A stretch of DNA of 64,000 bases from assembly GCA_040954595.2 (NCBI GenBank), contig CM082594.2:518208-582207 (forward strand). Reading direction: 5' to 3'. Source of the DNA: Balanoglossus misakiensis (Eukaryota; Animalia; Hemichordata). The translations under genes and the position numbers were made by a program. The notes below the pieces were generated by a model. It saw nothing but the letters and a program-made list of their open reading frames with translations, was not told the origin of the DNA and searched no databases. How positions within the stretch are numbered: the first letter of the stretch is position 1; every line of letters starts with the position of its first letter. This document shows positions 1-9,144 of this stretch, one piece after another.

Positions 1-3000
1 TATGTTAAAACTTTCGACCACTCCAAAAATGCAGAGATATTGACGGAATTCAAGAAAAAATAGCCATTTTGGCCATATTTTGACAAAATGGTACATTTTT
101 GAAAAATCATAAAAAATTAACTCTTTTCTTCATTTTCGGAAATATTATGGAGCATGAAGTGTCGTTCTCTTGTAAAAAGTGCTGCAAATTCCAGAAAAGG
201 CGGTATAATTTGAATCACCCAAGACAAAATTGCAATTTTTCGACTTTTTTTCGAAAAATTGTCTTTTTTACAAAATAAATAAGAATAAATTCTTTTCTTA
301 GTTTCAAACGGGTAGAGATACTTTCCACACGGGTTTTCTAACATTGAATTCCCGTTCATCAACTCAGATTTCCTACAGCATAAGTCGGCTAAAACCCTGA
401 CACTCTAGAGCAGAAACAGTTGCACACTGGTAACGTTGAACAAGTCGATTTTTCTACGGCCTGGCTCGGCTAAATCTCCGTCACAATATGACAGACACTA
501 GCGTACGTTAGCAACGGTGATCAAGTCAGATTTTCTACGGCATGGGTTGGATAAAGCCCCGGCACTCTAGAGCAGAAACACGCGTACAGAGACCACGTTG
601 ATCAAGTCTGATCTCCTACGGCTTGGCTCGACTAAAACCCCGGCACACTATGACAGACACTAGCGTTCGTTAGCAACGTTGATCAAGTCAGATTTCCTAC
701 GGCATGGCTTGGCTAAAGCCCTGGCACTCTAGAGCAGAAACACGCGTACAGAGACCACGTTGATCTACTCACATTTCCTTCGGCCTGGCACGGCTGATGC
801 CCCGGCACTATATATAGGACACAAACTGGCGTAAGTTAACAACGGTAATCACGTCGGGTTTCCTACGGCCTGGCTCAGCTGAAGCCCCGGCACTCTAGAG
901 CAGAAACAGGCGTACATTGACCACGTTGATCAAGTCAGATTTCCTACGGCGTGACTCGGCTGGTGCACCGGCTCTATATGACACAGACTGGCGTAAGTTA
1001 TCAACGGTGATTACGTCGGATTTCCTACGGCCTGGTTTAGCTGAAGCCCCGGCACTTTAGAGCGGAAACACGCGTACATTGACCACGATGATCAAGTCAG
1101 ATCTCCTACGGCCTGGCTCTTCTAAAACCCCGGCACACCATGACAGACACTAGCGTTCGTTAGCAACGGTGATCAAGTCGGATTTCCTTCGGCCTGGCTC
1201 TGCAAAAGACCCGACACATTAGTACAAAGACGTTGGCTAAGTCGGGCAAACCGAAGAGGGAAAGTCACAGCGGGTCAACACTCGACATTTGTTCGGGTAG
1301 GACTGCATTATTGCCTGTCAATTTATAGAGAAAGCCCGAATTTAACCAGGGCGTTTCAAACACCGACGTTATTTGGGGGCACGGCCTGCAGTACTGCCGG
1401 GTAAGCTGACATCGGCGTACCGCATATAATGTAGGGGGGGGGGGACAGAACGGTTCAATACTACATTTATTAGATATCAGCTAATTTTGGACAATCATCT
1501 AAAATCTAAATCATTTTTTCATATTTGGATATCTGATGATGTATGAAATTTCCAATATATGTAAAAATGGTGCTGATTATAAAAAATGCACTCTGAATGA
1601 GCTGATTTAATACAAAATTCCGTTTTATTCGTTTTTGCACCAAAAAGGTCATTTTTAGGCAAAACATTCTTTATTTTTTTAATTCGGTGGCCTGATCATA
1701 TATAAGCAATTGCTTGCATGTTAAAAGTTTTTATGACTTTTAAAAGCAGTGACACTGGCGGCATTCAACACGAAAATAACAATTTTAACCACAATTTGGT
1801 CAAAATGGTAAATTTTTGAAAATTACAAAAAATACCTGTTTTCTACATTTTCGGAAATCTGATGGAGTATAGAATGCTCTTCGTATATATATATCGATAC
1901 AAATTCCACAAAAGACCGTCTAATTTGGCTCACTGCAGACAAAATTGCGTTTTACCAAATTTTCCTTGAAAATGTCATTTTTAGAAAAATAAAATAAAAA
2001 AACCTTCGTTCTTCGAATTTGGTGCCCTGATCATATATGACATGTTGATTGTATGTTAAAACTTTCGACCACTCCAAAAATGCAGAGATATTGACGGAAT
2101 TCAAGAAAAAATAGCCATTTTGGCCATATTTTGACAAAATGGTACATTTTTGAAAAATCATAAAAAATTAACTCTTTTCTTCATTTTCGGAAATATTATG
2201 GAGCATGAAGTGTCGTTCTCTTGTAAAAAGTGCTGCAAATTCCAGAAAAGGCGGTATAATTTGAATCACCCAAGACAAAATTGCAATTTTTCGACTTTTT
2301 TTCGAAAAATTGTCTTTTTTACAAAATAAATAAGAATAAATTCTTTTCTTAGTTTCAAACGGGTAGAGATACTTTCCACACGGGTTTTCTAACATTGAAT
2401 TCCCGTTCATCAACTCAGATTTCCTACAGCATAAGTCGGCTAAAACCCTGACACTCTAGAGCAGAAACAGTTGCACACTGGTAACGTTGAACAAGTCGAT
2501 TTTTCTACGGCCTGGCTCGGCTAAATCTCCGTCACAATATGACAGACACTAGCGTACGTTAGCAACGGTGATCAAGTCAGATTTTCTACGGCATGGGTTG
2601 GATAAAGCCCCGGCACTCTAGAGCAGAAACACGCGTACAGAGACCACGTTGATCAAGTCTGATCTCCTACGGCTTGGCTCGACTAAAACCCCGGCACACT
2701 ATGACAGACACTAGCGTTCGTTAGCAACGTTGATCAAGTCAGATTTCCTACGGCATGGCTTGGCTAAAGCCCTGGCACTCTAGAGCAGAAACACGCGTAC
2801 AGAGACCACGTTGATCTACTCACATTTCCTTCGGCCTGGCACGGCTGATGCCCCGGCACTATATATAGGACACAAACTGGCGTAAGTTAACAACGGTAAT
2901 CACGTCGGGTTTCCTACGGCCTGGCTCAGCTGAAGCCCCGGCACTCTAGAGCAGAAACAGGCGTACATTGACCACGTTGATCAAGTCAGATTTCCTACGG

Positions 3001-4105
3001 CGTGACTCGGCTGGTGCACCGGCTCTATATGACACAGACTGGCGTAAGTTATCAACGGTGATTACGTCGGATTTCCTACGGCCTGGTTTAGCTGAAGCCC
3101 CGGCACTTTAGAGCGGAAACACGCGTACATTGACCACGATGATCAAGTCAGATCTCCTACGGCCTGGCTCGACTAAAACCCCGGCACACCATGACAGACA
3201 CTAGCGTTCGTTAGCAACGGTGATCAAGTCGGATTTCCTTCGGCCTGGCTCTGCAAAAGACCCGACACTCTAGTACAAAGACGTTGGCTAAGTTGGGCAA
3301 ACCGAAGAGGGAAAGTCGCAGCGGGTCAACACTCGACATTTGTTCCGGTAGGACTGCATTATTGCCTGTCGATTTATAGAGAGAGCCCGAATTTAACCAG
3401 GGCGTTTCAAACACCGACGTTTGTTGGGGGCACGGCCTACAGTACTGCCGGGTAAGCTGACATCGGCGTACCGCATATAATGTAAGGGGGGGGGGACAGA
3501 ACGGTTCAATACTACATTTATTAGATATCAGCTAATTTTGGACAATCATCTAAAATCTAAATCATTTTTTCATATTTGGATATCTGATGATGTATGAAAT
3601 TTCCATTATATGTAAAAATGGTGCTTATTATAAAACATGCACTCTGAATGAACTGATTTAATACAAGATTGCGTTTTATTCGTTTTTGCACCAAAAAGGT
3701 CATTTTTAGGCAAAACATTCTGTATATTTTTAATTCGGTGACCTGATCATATATAAACAATTGCTTGTGTGTTAAAAGTTTTTATGGCTTTTAAAAGCAG
3801 TGACACTGGCGGCATTCATCATGAAAATAACAATTTTAGCCACAATTTGGTCAAAATGGTAAATTTTTGAAAATTACAAAAAATACCTGTTTTCTACATT
3901 TTCGGAAATCTGATGGAGTATAGAATGCTCTTCGTATGTATATATCGATACAAATTCCACAAAAGACCGTCTAATTTGGCTCACTGCAGACAAAATTGCG
4001 TTTTACCAAATTTTCCTTGAAAATGTCATTTTTAGAAAAAAAAATAAAAAAACCTTTATTCTTCGAATTTGGTGCCCTGATCATATATGACATGTTGATT
4101 GTATG
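1..4105 (-). repeat. ~2.05-kb composite tandem satellite, two units in reverse orientation relative to the main array
   Basis: The same marker ORF occurs at 117-362 and 2168-2413, giving a period of 2051 bp. The sequence is the reverse complement of the units from 9144 onward. Confidence 0.97.
4091..4105 (+). repeat. Left target-site duplication (15 bp, CATGTTGATTGTATG) of the RTE-X-like LINE
   Basis: An identical 15-mer lies at 8098-8112. The motif is single-copy in uninterrupted satellite units. Confidence 0.95.
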
Positions 4106-4496
4106 GGAAGAAACAGAACAGAAAATAAAGACTTTGATCAAGGAACGGATGAACATTACGGACAACATTGAATTCGAACGAGTACACCGTTTATCAACGG
4201 GCACTCGTACCAACAGACCCATCGTTGCAATGTGCAGCAAGCTAAAAGACAAAGAAAAGATACTATCAAGGGGAAAGGCGCTGCGCGGTACAAATATCTA
4301 CGTGGATGAACACTTTTCTCCAGAGACAAGCTTCATCAGAAAGAAACTTTTCGGTAAGCGTAAGGAATTGTTGGGACTTGGCATAAAGGCATTTGTAAAT
4401 TATAAGAAACTTGTAGCATATGAACATGACATTAAAGTAGTGTATATCTATGATAAATATACAGACTCTGTCATTAAACAAAGTCAATTGAGATAG
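4106..4496 (+). pseudogene. C-terminal fragment of LINE ORF1 (L1-type RRM/CTD-like nucleic-acid-binding protein), truncated at the 5' end
   Basis: IEFERVHRL...RPIVAMCSKLKDKEKILSRGKALRGTNIYVDEHFSPETSFIRKKL resembles the ORF1p C-terminal region. The first ~37 codons of track ORF 3996..4496 are satellite sequence. Confidence 0.85.
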
Positions 4497-7400
4497 GATT
4501 GTGGCCAAGGTTCTAAGGACCACTGTAGTCGAGAGAGTATTCGTTTAATTTCTTGGAATGTTCAAGGTTTATCTAGTAAGCTATCGTGTACATCATTTCT
4601 TGAATATCTTGCAAATTTTGATGTTGTCTGTTTACTTGAGACCTGGTTGCACAAAGATATACTTCCAGACAGCATTCTAAATGGTTTTACAGCCTACCAT
4701 GTGTGTAGAGAAAAAACAGCCAGAAAAGGCAGAGTGGGTGGTGGAGTCTCTGTTTTTCTCAAAGATTGGTGTTGTGCTGGTATAACCAGAATGCACTCCG
4801 ATCTATCCGATTCTGTGTTTCTTATGTTAGATAGTAAAGTTTTTGGCTTTCAAACTGATGTAATTTTAGGTTGCGTTTACATTCCCCCAGAAGGCTCAAA
4901 AAGTTATGTCTTTGAAAAAAACGGTATTGAGCTGCTTGATCGTCAGATTGTTGATTTCAAATCTAACCACCCAGAATGTAATTTGTTGATTATGGGTGAT
5001 TTTAATGCCAGAACTGCCCATGATTATGACTTTATTTTAAACGACTCGATTGTGCACATCCCACTAAGTCCAGAAAATTATGAGGTGGACAATTTTGATA
5101 TTCAACGAAAATCGAAAGATTTGGTGATTAACTCTTTTGGTAGAAGGCTATTGGAACTGTGTCGGGATCACTCTATTCACTTTCTAAATGGTAGATGGGG
5201 AAGAGACCTCCAAGGGGAATTTACATGTATTGCAAATAGAGGGACAAGTGTAGTAGATTATATTATTGCTTCTAGCATACTCTTTACTGACATCTCCGAG
5301 TTCAGTGTCGAAGATAAGAGTGATTCTGATCATTTTCCTCTGGCGTGTACCATAAATATTAAACGGTTTTGCCGTCATGTAAGAAATACAAAATCAAAAG
5401 TCATTGATGTTGATTTGCATAAATATTCTTATTTCAAATGGGACAAAGAAAAACTTGGTAATTTCAATACTTATATTGCTTCTAAGGAAGGTGAAGAGCG
5501 TGTAAAGCGGGTTCTTGAATGGGATAGACAAAATGTAAATGAGTTGATAAATGGAGTTTATGATTTGTTATATTGGGCTGCCACCGATTACCAGAAGATG
5601 ACCATCAAAACATTTACAGGAGACAAAACCAGATCATCGCAGCCAAAATGGTTCAATAAAGACTGTGAAACTGCTAAGAAAAAAATGTACAAAGCACTTA
5701 GAAATTTCAGAGCATCAAATGACATGAATAGTCTGAGTATATACAAAGAACAGAAATCAAACTTTAAAACAATATGTAGAGTAAACAAAGAAAGCTTTAA
5801 AAGCTCCATCTGTAGAAATGTTGGGTCACAGGGACAAAATATCTGGCAACATGTTAAGCGTTTTATGGGAGGTATGAAATCTTTTTCAAATATTTCCTCT
5901 AGTGACTGGATAAATCATTTTAAAACCCTCCATAACCCAAAATGGCATAGAACAAGGTTTGATATTACTGTGGAAGAGTTTTTAGAAAACTTTGCCCCTT
6001 CCCCGGAAGATTTAAATAGCGATGCTGAAGAGATTCTAAATAGTCATATTACAACTCAAGAAATCGTCTGTGCATTGAATAAGTTAAAAGCTGGTAAATC
6101 CCCGGGTCCGGATGGTATCCCAAATGAATTTTATCGAAATGCAAAACAAAGTCTAATCACGGTACTTGATTTCACGTTCAATGCCATTTTTGACTCTGGT
6201 GTTTTTCCAAGCGAGTGGAATAAGGGAATAATTGTACCACTTCATAAGAAGGGTAGTTTACATGACCCAAACAATTTCAGAGGCATCACTTTATTGAATT
6301 GTCTAAGCAAGATTTTTACTTTTATACTAAATCAGAGACTTGTAAAATGGGCTGAAATGCAAGGTTGTATCACTGAATGTCAAGCTGGTTTCAGACGTGA
6401 TTTTAGCGCTGTTGATAATATCTTTGTTCTTCACATTATGGTACAGAAATATCTTTCTAGATCAAAAGGTCGTTTCTATTGTTTGTTTGTAGATTTCAGT
6501 AAAGCTTTTGATTCAGTAAATCACAATCTCTTGTTATATAGACTTTGTCTAGAGGGTGTCATGGGCAAAATGTATAATATTCTTAAATCCATTTATAAAG
6601 AAGTTAAATCTTGTGTCAAGAGTCGAAATGGAGTAACCGATTTCTTTAATTGCTCTGTCGGAGTTCGACAAGGGTGTATGTTGAGTCCTTTTCTTTTTTC
6701 TCTGTTCATCAATGAATTAAATAATATGTTAGTAAATTCGGGTAATCATGGTATTCAAATCACTCAAGAACTTTACGACCTATTTGCACTTCTTTATGCT
6801 GATGATGTTACAATTTTTAGTGATACGCCAGTTGGGCTACAAAGACTGATTAGAGTACTGGAATGTTTCTGTCATAAATGGAAACTATCTGTAAATATGG
6901 AAAAGTCACAAATAATTGTTGTTCGTAGAGGGGGTGTTTTAAAGAAATGTGAAAAATGGTTTTATAATAGAGAACAACTAAAAACTGTCAGTTACTACAA
7001 ATATTTAGGTTTAATAATTTCAAGTAGAAACATCTGGAGTAAAGCTGTTACCGTACTCTCAGACCAAGCCAGAAAAGCTATGGGCGCTATTTTCCGTATG
7101 ATTAAAAACAGTGGCACTTTATCTTTTAAAGACTATTTTAAACTTTTTGATTCCATGATTTTGCCAGTCTTAACATATGGATCTGAAATATGGGGATATC
7201 AGAGATATCAAGTTGCTGAAAGAGTACAACTGAAATATTGTAAAGCCTTTATGGGCGTTAAATCAACTACACCAGATGCTTGCATTCTAGGAGATTGTGG
7301 AAGACATCCAATATTTATTCACACTTTTAAGAAAGTTATTTTATACTGGTTCAAGTTATTAAAAATGCCCACAAACAGAGTAGCCAAACATGCCTACAAA

Positions 7401-7985
7401 TTATCGGTGGCACTGGACAAAAATGGGAAAAAATCATGGGCAACAAATGTAAAATGTCTTCTGCATGAACACGGTTTTGGAGATGTATGGCTATGGCAAG
7501 GCCCAGGGGATTTTGATCTTTTTCTTCTCAATTTTATGACAAGAGCAAGTGATATTTTCAAACAAAACTGGTTCTCAGACACCTGTAGTAAGAGTAAACT
7601 TCGTTTGTACTGTAACTTTAAAACATCATTTCATACAGAGAACTACTTAAAATTGAATATTGTTTTCAAACTAAGGAGTGCCCTCGCTCGTCTTAGAACT
7701 TGTGGTTTTGATTTGGCAGTTGAGGAGGGGAGGGCACAGGGAATCGACTTTGAAGATAGAATTTGCAGAGTATGTGGGTCTACTGAGATCGAGGACGAAT
7801 ATCACTTTATTTGTATCTGTCCTTTATACCAGACTTTAAGAAGCATGTATTTACCGAGATGGTCATATACAATTCCAACACCCGAAAAATATTACTCACT
7901 CATGGCTTCAGAAAATAACAAAGAAATACGAAATCTGGCCTTATTTGTTCACAAAGCAATCAGTTTGAGAAAAGAATGTTTGTAA
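4497..7985 (+). CDS. LINE ORF2: apurinic-type endonuclease + reverse transcriptase + C-terminal Cys/His motif; open frame of 1162 codons
   Basis: The frame is open from 4497 (DCGQGSKDHCSRESIRLISWNVQGL...CLLETWL) into track ORF 4647..7985. Endonuclease motifs WNVQG, GDFNA, VDY and SDHFP; RT motifs KSPGPDG, FRGITLL, QAGFR, DFSKAFD, GVRQG, YADD and YKYLG. Confidence 0.95.
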   Translation, partial: DCGQGSKDHCSRESIRLISWNVQGLSSKLSCTSFLEYLANFDVVCLLETWLHKDILPDSILNGFTAYHVCREKTARKGRVGGGVSVFLKDWCCAGITRMHSDLSDSVFLMLDSKVFGFQTDVILGCVYIPPEGSKSYVFEKNGIELLDRQIVDFKSNHPECNLLIMGDFNARTAHDYDFILNDSIVHIPLSPENYEVDNFDIQRKSKDLVINSFGRRLLELCRDHSIHFLNGRWGRDLQGEFTCIANRGTSVVDYIIASSILFTDISEFSVEDKSDSDHFPLACTINIKRFCRHVRNTKSKVIDVDLHKYSYFKWDKEKLGNFNTYIASKEGEERVKRVLEWDRQNVNELINGVYDLLYWAATDYQKMTIKTFTGDKTRSSQPKWFNKDCETAKKKMYKALRNFRASNDMNSLSIYKEQKSNFKTICRVNKESFKSSICRNVGSQGQNIWQHVKRFMGGMKSFSNISSSDWINHFKTLHNPKWHRTRFDITVEEFLENFAPSPEDLNSDAEEILNSHITTQEIVCALNKLKAGKSPGPDGIPNEFYRNAKQSLITVLDFTFNAIFDSGVFPSEWNKGIIVPLHKKGSLHDPNNFRGITLLNCLSKIFTFILNQRLVKWAEMQGCITECQAGFRRDFSAVDNIFVLHIMVQKYLSRSKGRFYCLFVDFSKAFDSVNHNLLLYRLCLEGVMGKMYNILKSIYKEVKSCVKSRNGVTDFFNCSVGVRQGCMLSPFLFSLFINELNNMLVNSGNHGIQITQELYDLFALLYADDVTIFSDTPVGLQRLIRVLECFCHKWKLSVNMEKSQIIVVRRGGVLKKCEKWFYNREQLKTVSYYKYLGLIISSRNIWSKAVTVLSDQARKAMGAIFRMIKNSGTLSFKDYFKLFDSMILPVLTYGSEIWGYQRYQVAERVQLKYCKAFMGVKSTTPDACILGDCGRHPIFIHTFKKVILYWFKLLKMPTNRVAKHAYKLSVALDKNGKKSWATNVKCLLHEHGFGDVWLWQGPGDFDLFLLNFMTRASDIFKQNWFSDTCSKSKLRLYCNFKTSFHTENYLKLNIVFKLRSALARLRTCGFDLAVEEGRAQGIDFEDRICRVCGSTEIEDEYHFICICPLYQTLRSMYLPRWSYTIPTPEKYYSLMASENNKEIRNLALFVHKAISLRKECL

Positions 7986-8052
7986 TTTTTATCTCTTTTC
8001 TCTTGTTGTACTCTCTGTAAAATTATGTGTGTATAAATATAAGTTTGCAATA

Positions 8053-8097
8053 TGGGCTGGAGGCCTAAAAGAGCAATAAAGCATTATTATATAAAAT
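8053..8097 (+). other. LINE 3' end: small stem-loop (TGGGC-TGGAG-GCCTA), polyadenylation-like AATAAA and CATTATTAT tail
   Basis: Seen in the sequence immediately before the right TSD. Function is inferred. Confidence 0.5.
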
Positions 8098-8112
8098 CAT
8101 GTTGATTGTATG
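8098..8112 (+). repeat. Right target-site duplication of the RTE-X-like LINE
   Basis: Identical to 4091-4105. Confidence 0.95.
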
Positions 8113-9144
8113 TTAAAACTCTCGACCACTCCAAAAATGCAGAGATATTGACGGAATTCAAGAAAAATAGCCATTTTGGCCATATTTTGACAAAAATGGT
8201 AAATTTTTGAAAAATCATAAAAAATTAACTCTTTTCTTCATTTTCGGAAATATTATGGAGCATGAAGTGTCGTTCTCTTGTAAAAAGTGCTGCAAATTCC
8301 AGAAAAGGCGGTATAATTTGAATCACCCAAGACAAAATTGCAATTTTTCGACTTTTTTTCGAAAAATTGTCTTTTTTACAAAATAAATAAGAATAAATTC
8401 TTTTCTTAGTTTCAAACGGGTAGAGATACTTTCCACACGGGTTTTCTAACATTGAATTCCCGTTCATCAACTCAGATTTCCTACAGCATAAGTCGGCTAA
8501 AACCCTGACACTCTAGAGCAGAAACAGTTGCACACTGGTAACGTTGAACAAGTCGATTTTTCTACGGCCTGGCTCGGCTAAATCTCCGTCACAATATGAC
8601 AGACACTAGCGTACGTTAGCAACGGTGATCAAGTCAGATTTTCTACGGCATGGGTTGGATAAAGCCCCGGCACTCTAGAGCAGAAACACGCGTACAGAGA
8701 CCACGTTGATCAAGTCTGATCTCCTACGGCTTGGCTCGACTAAAACCCCGGCACACTATGACAGACACTAGCGTTCGTTAGCAACGTTGATCAAGTCAGA
8801 TTTCCTACGGCATGGCTTGGCTAAAGCCCTGGCACTCTAGACCAGAAACAGGCGTACATTGACCACGTTGATCAAGTCAGATTTCCTACGGCGTGACTCG
8901 GCTGGTGCACCGGCTCTATATGACACAGACTGGCGTACGTTATCAACGGTGCATGATTACGTCGGATTTCCTACGGCCTGGTTTAGCTGAAGCCCCGGCA
9001 CTTTAGAGCGGAAACACGTGTACATTGACCACGATGATCAAGTCAGATCTCCTACGGCCTGGCTCGACTAAAACCCCGGCACACCATGACAGACACTAGC
9101 GTTCGTTAGCAACGGTGATCAAGTCGGATTTCCTTCGGCCTGGC
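8098..9144 (-). repeat. Partial satellite unit in reverse orientation, ending at the inversion junction
   Basis: Continues the interrupted unit (marker ORF 8225..8470 on the - strand). It carries eight 81-bp monomers and stops at ...CCTTCGGCCTGGC. Confidence 0.95.

Larger units (their letters stand above)
4106..8097 (+). mobile_element. 5'-truncated non-LTR retrotransposon (LINE), RTE-X-like
   Basis: 15-bp TSD; partial ORF1; APE endonuclease + RT ORF2 with C-terminal CxxC...H...C motif (RICRVCGSTEIEDEYHFICICPLY); AATAAA at 8075-8080 and a short ATT-rich tail. The clade call is from recalled protein architecture, not a database search. Confidence 0.93.

Noticed and set aside
205-230. TTTGAATCACCCAAG resembling the nematode SL1 spliced leader
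   Set aside because: It is a short partial match in AT-rich sequence, with no splice donor or SL RNA structure following.
117-362. Recurrent 60-130 aa ORFs (MMNGNSMLENP..., MFETPWLNSG..., MSKYGQNG..., MNRSVPPP...)
   Set aside because: They lie in satellite units, mostly start at non-ATG codons, are freely frameshifted between copies and have no recognisable domains.
1525-1575. Hammerhead ribozyme core-like CTGATGA-TGTAT-GAAA, once per unit
   Set aside because: Stem II cannot pair (T...T), and I could not build stems I and III with a valid NUH cleavage site. An Infernal/RNAMotif search would settle it.
3996-4105. N-terminus of track ORF 3996..4496
   Set aside because: It is a chance in-frame fusion of satellite sequence to the truncated ORF1.
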